Origin: Bdellovibrionales bacterium
GTDB lineage: Bacteria; Bdellovibrionota; Bdellovibrionia; Bdellovibrionales; UBA1609
Length of the DNA stretch: 64,000 bases
Assembly (NCBI GenBank): GCA_041690295.1
Contig: JAWLHR010000005.1
Location: 32,001-96,000 of the forward strand
Reading direction: 5' to 3'
Below the pieces are notes generated by a model. That model did not search any database, was not told the DNA's origin, and saw only the letters and a list, made by a program, of their open reading frames with translations. The stretch's first letter is position 1. Each line of letters opens with the position of its first letter. The position numbers and the translations under genes are program-made. Below, one piece after another: positions 9,446 to 16,586 of the stretch.

Positions 9446-10229
9446 CTTCGAAAATTTTTATTCGGTCGAAAGATTCCGTCAGGACAATAATCAGGTCATC
9501 GAATCTATCGATCTCACGGCGAAGGAGATCGATATCAATGGGTTCGACATGATGGACGACGGGAACATTTTTAAGAATGGTTATAGCGCGGTATATCTCG
9601 TTGGAGACTTCCACCGGAAGTTGATGTTCTCCGCGCATGTAAATGACCGTCCACTCCAGAAGAGCCATTGAGTTTTGACCCCTCTTTATCAAATCGATTT
9701 TTTGCGAGAGTGAAATCTGGGGCCTCTGTGAGAGCCTGGCCAGCGCGATGAATTCCGCCATCGCACCTTTTAATGAATGGCGGATATTCTCGTTGGGGAG
9801 TTCCTCCACTAAATGAATGTGATCTGAATCGCCATAGTGTGTACCTCTAAAGGTTGCGCTTCGAAGCACCGGGGGAAGACTGTCAAAATCATTTTGTACG
9901 GGCCACGGCATCTTTTCGCGTTCAGCATATAAACCCGAGGTTTCATTGGCCTCGAGAATTCCGATTTTATCACCGCTTTGAATGAAGCGAAGCTCGCCCA
10001 GCCATTTAATGGAAGAGATCTGGTAGTTGGTGGAAAGGAGAGAAATAATCGTGGCATGGAGACATTCGACATAAGGTCCCACCGCGAGAACTAAATCGTT
10101 CGATTCGGTTTCCATGAGGACTCCGATGCCGAGCTGAGGCGGAGAAGATCCGTTCGTCAAATGGTTTTCACAATCCGCAGGGATCGCAGTTGCACAAATG
10201 GACCACAACAACAGTAACAGCTTGAGCAC
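9423..10229 (-). CDS. hypothetical secreted protein
   Basis: 268-aa ORF, GTG start, signal-like MLKLLLLLWSICATA. Confidence 0.65.
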   Translation of the reverse strand: MLKLLLLLWSICATAIPADCENHLTNGSSPPQLGIGVLMETESNDLVLAVGPYVECLHATIISLLSTNYQISSIKWLGELRFIQSGDKIGILEANETSGLYAEREKMPWPVQNDFDSLPPVLRSATFRGTHYGDSDHIHLVEELPNENIRHSLKGAMAEFIALARLSQRPQISLSQKIDLIKRGQNSMALLEWTVIYMRGEHQLPVEVSNEIYRAITILKNVPVVHHVEPIDIDLLRREIDRFDDLIIVLTESFDRIKIFEVISPKDP

Positions 10230-10241
10230 GGCGCATAGCGA

Positions 10242-10257
10242 AGCAATTGTTGGGCCA
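10242..10257 (-). promoter_or_regulatory. sigma54 -24/-12 motif
   Basis: TGGCCCAACAATTGCT in the 28-bp gap before the GTG at 10229. Confidence 0.65.
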
Positions 10258-11016
10258 TCAACTCCGGATTCGGTGGAGTGAGTTGGTAAAAACCCAATCG
10301 ATGCCCCGACTCCACTCTCGTCGGTAAAGATTCGCCGTCGGTATGAATCCCACGCCGACTTTTCGCCCCCGATCTCGGAGTCGAGATATGCAACTTCCGG
10401 TCATTCCCAAGTAGTGGCCGGCCACACCGCCGATTTCGCGCTCCAGAGCGGTGTTGACCAATGATCCAAGTGGTGCGTCCCCCACTAAAATCCAGGACTC
10501 CGGGGGATAGGTGGAATCGATGTGCGCGGGGTTCAACGTCAATAAATGAAAATCCCGCACGGGTTCAAATGGGCTGAGAATTCGTTTCAGTGTGCGCCGC
10601 TGTTCCGCGTTCAGGCTCGATTTGACTTCAATCATGAAGTGCACGCCGGAAAGACCGAGCACTTCTTCGAGCGTCGGGAGAAGGGGCGCCCTGGAGCGGA
10701 TTTCCGGGAATTTCAATTCATGCACGATGCCTTCGCATTTATGGCAGCGGATTAGATCGAAGTCATGATTCACGACCGGAACGCCGTCTTTGGTAAAGCG
10801 GACATCGAATTCTATTCCCCACGCCCCCAGATTCCGGGCGCGTTCAAAGGCCCGCATGGTGTTTTCAGGATATTCCGATGTGTTCCAAGCTCCGCGATGG
10901 GCGATAAGCCGTGGCGCCGGTAAATGATCACTGGGCTTATACCTCGGTAGATCCATGATGAGGTCACTCATTTTTTCCAAGATCGGCGTGATCCGATCGC
11001 GAAGTCCGGTCGACAT
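10258..11016 (-). CDS. glycerophosphodiester phosphodiesterase family
   Basis: IAHRG, PENT, IEFDVRFTKDG..VVNHD, IEVK. Confidence 0.9.
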   Translation of the reverse strand: MSTGLRDRITPILEKMSDLIMDLPRYKPSDHLPAPRLIAHRGAWNTSEYPENTMRAFERARNLGAWGIEFDVRFTKDGVPVVNHDFDLIRCHKCEGIVHELKFPEIRSRAPLLPTLEEVLGLSGVHFMIEVKSSLNAEQRRTLKRILSPFEPVRDFHLLTLNPAHIDSTYPPESWILVGDAPLGSLVNTALEREIGGVAGHYLGMTGSCISRLRDRGRKVGVGFIPTANLYRREWSRGIDWVFTNSLHRIRS

Positions 11017-11050
11017 ATCCGGCGATCATTTCTGAAATGGATAGGGCCCG

Positions 11051-11437
11051 TCAAGGTCGGGGTTCGTGATAGAGAGAGCCGTTGCTTTGCTCGGAACCGG
11101 AGGGAAGTAGCAGCGGCTCCTTTAAAGAAATAACCCAAACGGTGTCGGTATGATCTTGAACGCTGATGGAGCTCACCATTCCGTTGTTTTCGCCAATGAC
11201 CAGCTCGCGCGGGTGAGCGATGGATCGGTCGGCCTCCGCCGAGTGGACCCAAAGAATGTCTTCCACCGGGTCGTAGGAAAAACCTTCAGTGGTCACCCAA
11301 TCGCTCTCGATTTGATCACCGATTTCCGGATTGGCGACTTCCACCCGCACCTGACACGCGTTGCACTGTTTGGACAATTGGCGAAGAATGGGATCCCAGA
11401 GATCTCGTCTCAAAACATTGTAGTTTGTAAACTTCAT
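11051..11437 (-). CDS. DUF5335-like protein
   Basis: W...L..LSK...VEV...IGDQIE..W....G.SYDP..D...IAHPRE pattern; ATGA-coupled to the hdeD-like gene. Confidence 0.7.
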   Translation of the reverse strand: MKFTNYNVLRRDLWDPILRQLSKQCNACQVRVEVANPEIGDQIESDWVTTEGFSYDPVEDILWVHSAEADRSIAHPRELVIGENNGMVSSISVQDHTDTVWVISLKEPLLLPSGSEQSNGSLYHEPRP

Positions 11438-12006
11438 GTCACTGGCCCCGAGGTCACGGTCGGGCGAAAGAAAGCCCGCCGCGCGCAAATTGAAACTTGA
11501 ATCATCGCAGCGCCCGAGAAAATGAGATCAAGTCCCAGTAGCACTCCCGGTACGAGGAACGAAGAAATCGGAAACGTCCATACAATGTAAACACCCAACA
11601 AAAGAGATGCGATGGAACTTGCCAGCATCCAGCCCCAGCCGGGATACGGGCGGAAATTAAGGGCCAAAATCCACTGAGCCGCCGCGCTCAAGAAAAAGTA
11701 AAAGGCCAAAATTAAAGTGACGCCGAGAACGCCGCTCGTTGGATACAGAAACATCAAAAATCCCGCCACGAGCGGCACGATGGCCTGGAAATAGCGCGTT
11801 CCGGCGCCCTCTTCATCGCGAAGTCGCCACGCGCGAACGGAATTCACGACACCACTGGCCAGAAGAATGATCGCGATGGCCAATGTGACCCCCATCGAAC
11901 TTGCGACGGGCATCGCGATGGCAAGGATACCGAGCAATATGAAGACAATTCCGCTGGCGAGAATCCATTTCCAGTGTGTTGAATAAGGTGCGTTTGTGAT
12001 TTTCAT
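11434..12006 (-). CDS. HdeD/DUF308 family membrane protein
   Basis: Six TM segments, WKWILASG..ILLGILAI..P, GWGWML, G.LLGLDLIFSG. Confidence 0.85.
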   Translation of the reverse strand: MKITNAPYSTHWKWILASGIVFILLGILAIAMPVASSMGVTLAIAIILLASGVVNSVRAWRLRDEEGAGTRYFQAIVPLVAGFLMFLYPTSGVLGVTLILAFYFFLSAAAQWILALNFRPYPGWGWMLASSIASLLLGVYIVWTFPISSFLVPGVLLGLDLIFSGAAMIQVSICARRAFFRPTVTSGPVT

Positions 12007-12018
12007 ACGTTTAGAAAA

Positions 12019-12034
12019 TGCAACAACCACGCCA
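12019..12034 (-). promoter_or_regulatory. sigma54 -24/-12 motif
   Basis: TGGCGTGGTTGTTGCA in the 34-bp intergenic gap. Confidence 0.65.
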
Positions 12035-12040
12035 TTAAAT

Positions 12041-12700
12041 TTACGGTGTTGCAATGAAGGCCTCCTCATCTGGTGAACAAATGTAGATTTTTCGATCCAC
12101 CTTTTCCTCAATCACCGTGCCGTCCGAAAGACTTGAATAAGCGGGGAGAATTCCAACATTTGAGTTGATCACGAAGCAGGGCCAATGAAGGGTTCGATCA
12201 CCTTCGCGCACTTCCACCACGGGATGTTGGTGGCCGCACCAATGAAAACATGTCTCATCCGGCGTCACGGTTGGTGGTTTATGTTGGAAGATGAATGAGC
12301 CAATTTGCCACTGATAGAGCATTTCCATCTTAGGGAACAAGGCGCCAAGCAATTTTATGGCGCCGCGGTCCTGGTCTTCGCAGATCAGCGTCACGTCGCT
12401 ATCGATGCGCAGTAGAAAATCCGAAAAATCCTGCACGATTTCTTCCGTCACGCCGTGGGGCGAATGGATGAAATCCCCCAAAATCATTAGATGCTCCACC
12501 TGAAACTTCCGACAGAGTTTCGTCAAACGAACCAGGTCTTCCCATTGGGCCTGGGAGCGGCGGGTTAATCCGCCGTAGAGAAATCTTTCCGCTTTTCCAA
12601 GCTCCAGGTCGGAAACCACAAGTAGATTTTGGTCGGGCCAATATAAAACCCGTGAGGGGTGCAGGATAAATCGCTCGTTGAGCAACCAGATTTCGCGCAC
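12041..12700 (-). CDS. PdeM-like metallophosphoesterase with degenerate metal ligands
   Basis: LYWP...LVVSDLELGK, LGDFIH, GHQHP, ILPAY. DxH is DLE and GNHD is EDQD. Confidence 0.75.
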   Translation of the reverse strand: MREIWLLNERFILHPSRVLYWPDQNLLVVSDLELGKAERFLYGGLTRRSQAQWEDLVRLTKLCRKFQVEHLMILGDFIHSPHGVTEEIVQDFSDFLLRIDSDVTLICEDQDRGAIKLLGALFPKMEMLYQWQIGSFIFQHKPPTVTPDETCFHWCGHQHPVVEVREGDRTLHWPCFVINSNVGILPAYSSLSDGTVIEEKVDRKIYICSPDEEAFIATP

Positions 12701-12715
12701 GATATCACATATTTT

Positions 12716-13126
12716 TCAATGGCGTGTTCGGCGAGTGGTGGTCGTCCGTTTGGATTTTGTGCGGGACTTTGAACGGCCCCACCGCGCTTCTCCGCCCGCG
12801 CGACCGATTTCAGAGTAGAACTTAGGCCCATACTCTTGGGCCACCGTTTCGCCACCCAAGCGACCGATCGCTTCGTAAAACTCACGACCGTGGGTTTGCG
12901 CGGTTCTTCGCCCACCGAGTCGGCCGATCTCCGCGTAGAATTCCGGCCCGTATTCCTGAGCCACTGCTTCTCCGCCCATGCGGCCAATGTCCTCGTAGAA
13001 TTCGCGACCGTGGGTTTGAGCCGTCCGTCGACCACCGCGGCGCCCTGCCTCACTTAATGTCATACTGCCACCTCGGCTGCTTCGCTTACGGCGGCTACTC
13101 GTACTCTGCTCACTTTGGCGTCTCAT
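12716..13126 (-). CDS. Em/GsiB (KGG-type, group-1 LEA-like) general stress protein
   Basis: EAGRRGG plus four 20-aa repeats ..HG(R/P)EFY.EIGR.GG. Confidence 0.88.
   Translation of the reverse strand: MRRQSEQSTSSRRKRSSRGGSMTLSEAGRRGGRRTAQTHGREFYEDIGRMGGEAVAQEYGPEFYAEIGRLGGRRTAQTHGREFYEAIGRLGGETVAQEYGPKFYSEIGRAGGEARWGRSKSRTKSKRTTTTRRTRH
12786..13050 (-). repeat. intragenic 60-nt tandem repeat with a 120-nt higher-order (A-B-A-B) period
   Basis: RRTAQTHGREFYE.IGR.GG alternates with E.VAQEYGP.FY.EIGR.GG; boundaries approximate. Confidence 0.8.
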
Positions 13127-13161
13127 TCCACGCTCCTTTCAAAGATTGCAACTCGATGGGT

Positions 13162-13177
13162 TGCAAGGATGAAGCCA
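13162..13177 (-). promoter_or_regulatory. sigma54 -24/-12 motif
   Basis: TGGCTTCATCCTTGCA upstream of the AAGGAG RBS of the Em/GsiB gene. Confidence 0.6.
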
Positions 13178-13182
13178 CAAAC

Positions 13183-13461
13183 CTAGTGTTGCCAACCAAA
13201 CGCTTCGAGGTCTTCGGATTCGATTTTCACAAGTTTGTTATAAATCCCGATGAGCAAAAGGGTGGGAACCCATTCCGCCACGAAATTCGCCCAGTCTTTA
13301 TTTCGTTTGCTCAAAGCAAGGCCAAGCGAGAGAGCAATTGCTCCGCCTGCGGCGACCAGAAATGCCAGCGAAGGAATTTTCGCCGTTTGCTTTTCTATCG
13401 CACGAGTCATTCGGCCTTCATGGGGTTGGCCGGCCGTATCGGTACGTTCCGTATCTTGCAT
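13183..13461 (-). CDS. small conserved-type membrane protein of stress clusters
   Basis: EGRMTRAIEKQTAKIPS..FL.AA...ANFV.EWVPTLLLIGIYNKLVK; GGAG RBS. Confidence 0.75.
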   Translation of the reverse strand: MQDTERTDTAGQPHEGRMTRAIEKQTAKIPSLAFLVAAGGAIALSLGLALSKRNKDWANFVAEWVPTLLLIGIYNKLVKIESEDLEAFGWQH

Positions 13462-13476
13462 GGTTATCTCCTTCGG

Positions 13477-14010
13477 TTAGATCCGCGCGTCGAGATTTAT
13501 GCTTTTGAGAGCGGGCACAAATCGTTTCGGCATCAGATTGGTGATGAGTTCAAGTGTGGTTTTCATTAAACCTTCCTCTTTGATTTCGGGCTTGAGCGCC
13601 TCGAAGGCGTTTTCCATCATTTCCGCTTCTTCCGAAGTAAAGAGTTGTTGGGCCACATTGAAAACGCGACCTTCTTCCTCGTTGATGTGATGGTTCAAGG
13701 CGTCTCGCAGATCGTTGGCGGTCTTTTTCCAGTCCATGTCGATCTTGTCCTTGATCTGTAGCGTACGGAGCAGCGTCTCGGCTTGGAGGTGTTCCTTGTA
13801 CGCGGGCATGACGACGTCCTTGGCGGCATCGAGGCTTCGAAGCGAGTTATAAAAAACCGACTCTTCCGCTCGGGCGTGAGGAATCAGTTCGTCGCGGATT
13901 TGTTCGATCAGCTCACTATGGGAGTCGGCGCCTTCATCCAGCATGACGAGTTCGTTCAGAAGCTCTTTGATTTTATCGTGATCTTTTATCAGTGCTTCGT
14001 ATATGGCCAT
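13477..14010 (-). CDS. hemerythrin (HHE) domain protein
   Basis: KDH, HARAEESVFY, EH, HHINEEE motifs. Start re-chosen at MAIYEAL. Confidence 0.88.
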   Translation of the reverse strand: MAIYEALIKDHDKIKELLNELVMLDEGADSHSELIEQIRDELIPHARAEESVFYNSLRSLDAAKDVVMPAYKEHLQAETLLRTLQIKDKIDMDWKKTANDLRDALNHHINEEEGRVFNVAQQLFTSEEAEMMENAFEALKPEIKEEGLMKTTLELITNLMPKRFVPALKSINLDARI

Positions 14011-14176
14011 GGCTTCTAGTCCTTTCTTTTTCGATAGGTTTTTTGAATGCAATGGCGTGCCATTGGCGACTGAATCGCACGGCCCCCACACTGCGGGAAT
14101 TTGACCCGCGACGGGGCAAAAACGCTTGTTCCCTCTGACGCAAATGATTAAAGTTGAATGAGGTGGGAGGTAATCC

Positions 14177-14554
14177 ATGCCGGTACTTCATGTGAGAGCG
14201 CTGCCGCAGGCGGATCCCTCGCGGATAAAGCCGGCTCTTAAGAAAACTTGCATGGCCATCGCGGATATCTATCAATGCCCGGTGGAACATGTTCTGGCGA
14301 CCTGGGAGGAAATCCGGCCCGGCTGGTATGTCGAGGGAAAACGAAGTGGTTCAATCCAGCCTCTGATCAGCCATCCGCCCATCGCCGACCTCTACTGTCT
14401 AGAGGGGAAAACTCCCGTTGAAATCGAGGAAATTCTTCTGGTGGCTTCAAAGACTCTGGGTTCGGCATTGGAACTCGGTGATAACGTCCACATGACCTAT
14501 CATGAAGTGAAATCCGGCCGAGTCGTGAACGGCGGCACGATTTTGCGTAAATAG
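14177..14554 (+). CDS. tautomerase/MIF-like protein (putative)
   Basis: N-terminal Pro after Met; beta-alpha-beta pattern with EGKT...I; GGAGG RBS. Confidence 0.55.
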   Translation: MPVLHVRALPQADPSRIKPALKKTCMAIADIYQCPVEHVLATWEEIRPGWYVEGKRSGSIQPLISHPPIADLYCLEGKTPVEIEEILLVASKTLGSALELGDNVHMTYHEVKSGRVVNGGTILRK

Positions 14555-14555
14555 G

Positions 14556-15149
14556 TTAAAACCAGTATTTAACCATTCCGTTCAATGAAATTTGATCCGG
14601 ACTCGCTCCGCTGACGAAAAGGTACTTCGCGGCCACTCCCAGCGACACGTATTTGTTGGTGGCATCTTCCTTCAATGGAATATCGAAACCCAGCAATGGA
14701 GCGATTCCAAGGTGAGTTCCATCGTAGGGTGAATTGGTTTCGAAGATTGGACCGAGCCCGAGCCCTAAATAACTGTGGCGGATGACGGGGATGGTTCCGG
14801 CGAGATGGTACGTGGCTTTTCCAAGGAGATTCGTACGATTCAGTTTCTGGTGCTGAGGGCCGTGCATCCGGTCTGTTTGAACTCCGGAAAGTTCGACGGC
14901 GAATCCGATCGGCGTGATCGGTTGAAAACCCACGTCAATCCCGTACTCCCAAACCGACTTGAAACTGGCTTCCGGATCGGCGACTCCGGCCATTAATCCC
15001 AAATGCGGCTTCATCTTCTGCGATTCGACGTTCACCGTTCGACTGATTTTGGGAAACGTCGATTTCGCGGCGTCGCGGGCGTCCTTCGCGTACACCATCG
15101 GAACGAGACTTAAATACAAGCATAAGGTGGCGAATCGGCAAAGGTACAT
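14556..15149 (-). CDS. outer-membrane beta-barrel protein
   Basis: Signal peptide, alternating beta strands, C-terminal VKYWF; GGAGG RBS before MYLCRF. Confidence 0.8.
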   Translation of the reverse strand: MYLCRFATLCLYLSLVPMVYAKDARDAAKSTFPKISRTVNVESQKMKPHLGLMAGVADPEASFKSVWEYGIDVGFQPITPIGFAVELSGVQTDRMHGPQHQKLNRTNLLGKATYHLAGTIPVIRHSYLGLGLGPIFETNSPYDGTHLGIAPLLGFDIPLKEDATNKYVSLGVAAKYLFVSGASPDQISLNGMVKYWF

Positions 15150-15180
15150 AACACCTCCAGGGTTAACACGAGCTGAATTT

Positions 15181-15196
15181 TGCATAGAACATACCA
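15181..15196 (-). promoter_or_regulatory. sigma54 -24/-12 motif
   Basis: TGGTATGTTCTATGCA. Confidence 0.5.
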
Positions 15197-15283
15197 CGCA
15201 CCGGGATCACGTCGGTTCTCCGACTTCCCTAGTTCCAATGTGCCCCTGAGTCCCTTTTTTGCATCGAAATAAAAACAGGAGGA

Positions 15284-15544
15284 ATGAACCTCATGGAAAA
15301 TCAAAAGCGACCCGAAGACCAAAACGAAGAAGATGAATACAAAGATCAGTACAAGGACGACACCGAAGTTGACGTGAATTTTGAAGGGGGAATGGCCACC
15401 GAGTTTCTAGATGATGAACTCATCCAGGACCACGAGTTCAAAAAAGAAGACTTTGAAGAACCTCAGGATGAGGACAAGAAGTTTGAAGAACCGGTGCAGG
15501 CCGATCCCCGAAGTCCCGAGGCGGATCGACCTGATTACAGTTGA
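15284..15544 (+). CDS. small very acidic, probably disordered protein
   Basis: AGGAGG RBS; D/E-rich 86 aa (start 15284 or 15293). Confidence 0.65.
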   Translation: MNLMENQKRPEDQNEEDEYKDQYKDDTEVDVNFEGGMATEFLDDELIQDHEFKKEDFEEPQDEDKKFEEPVQADPRSPEADRPDYS

Positions 15545-15550
15545 AGTGTT

Positions 15551-16375
15551 TTAAGTGGCGGGACTTTCCCTTAAGGCGCGATCGTCCGCCATGCTCAATG
15601 GTTCCCGCAAATTGTAGTTGGCACCAAAGGCACCGCCCGCCATTCCGGCAAGACTGCCGAAGAGAATTGCCAGTGTCAGCGTCCAGCCCGCGCTTCTTAA
15701 AGTCTTGGCCATCGCCAGCGCCGCCTGAGTCATCGCCTCATTGAATCGGGCTTTGAATTGATCCAGTCGAGCCCGGGCTTCGGCCTGACTGAGGCCGGCC
15801 TGATGGGCCAAATAGCTGACGGCCGAGTCCTCGTCTCCTCGAAGAAGCCTTGAGCCAACACCTTGCACGACTTGGGGAAGGGGAGACTTGAGCTGTAAAT
15901 CGCCGATGGCGTCTTCAATCACGTCCTGACCGATTTGTGTGTTCATCGCGGATGAGCCCATGGTGATCGCGGCCGAGCTGATTCCTCCGCCGAGCGCTCC
16001 CATGAGAAGTCCCATTTGTGTGAACATTAAAGCGAAGAACAAGCTCGCGATGACAAGCCCTTGGATTCGTCCGACCCGGGTGGAGATCATCCCCGCCACT
16101 CGGCCGCTCACGTGCCCACCGAAGAAAAGCGCCACGATCGCCGCGACGATCGTCCACAAGGCCGCGCCGATACCCAATCCCGCCAGTCCATCACGGTTTT
16201 GAACAATATCGTAAAGACTGCGACCACCGAAAGCGAGTCCAAGAGACATTAAACCAACATAGACGATCATCGTCACAAAAAGCCCTGAAAAGATCGCGGG
16301 CCAACATATGGTTGATTGTCCAACCGATTGCACGCGCTCGTCGCCCGAGATGAATGAGTTTCTTCTTTCCGCCAT
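15551..16375 (-). CDS. hypothetical multi-pass membrane protein
   Basis: ICWPAIFSG, several Gly/Ala-rich TM helices and a helical soluble insert; AAGGAG RBS. Confidence 0.8.
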   Translation of the reverse strand: MAERRNSFISGDERVQSVGQSTICWPAIFSGLFVTMIVYVGLMSLGLAFGGRSLYDIVQNRDGLAGLGIGAALWTIVAAIVALFFGGHVSGRVAGMISTRVGRIQGLVIASLFFALMFTQMGLLMGALGGGISSAAITMGSSAMNTQIGQDVIEDAIGDLQLKSPLPQVVQGVGSRLLRGDEDSAVSYLAHQAGLSQAEARARLDQFKARFNEAMTQAALAMAKTLRSAGWTLTLAILFGSLAGMAGGAFGANYNLREPLSMADDRALRESPAT

Positions 16376-16408
16376 ATATTCTCCTTCTCCTGCGTTCGGC
16401 TTTTATGA

Positions 16409-16424
16409 AGCAATCTTCGGGCCT
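16409..16424 (-). promoter_or_regulatory. sigma54 -24/-12 motif
   Basis: AGGCCCGAAGATTGCT. Confidence 0.55.
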
Positions 16425-16586
16425 TGGAAGACTGTACATCTAATGCGGAGTGCCCGACTGTTTAATGCCCCGACACTTAAATAATTTTTACAGATGGGAA
16501 TTCGGTCTAAAGAAACAACTCAGGTAAAAAATTTTTGTTTATTCATAAATATTATTGTGCACTACATCAAAATAGCATAAAAGCGA

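Noticed and set aside
14048..14062. TGGCACGCCATTGCA (minus strand) upstream of hemerythrin as a sigma54 promoter
   Set aside because: Excellent half-sites but GG-N9-GC spacing, one nt short of the strict requirement. Could be a 1-nt indel; check reads.
13477..14178. ORF-track N-terminal extensions (e.g. 14178, 12111, 8288, 25003, 52321, 61012)
   Set aside because: The extensions run through promoters or neighbouring genes; downstream starts have an RBS or match family N-termini.
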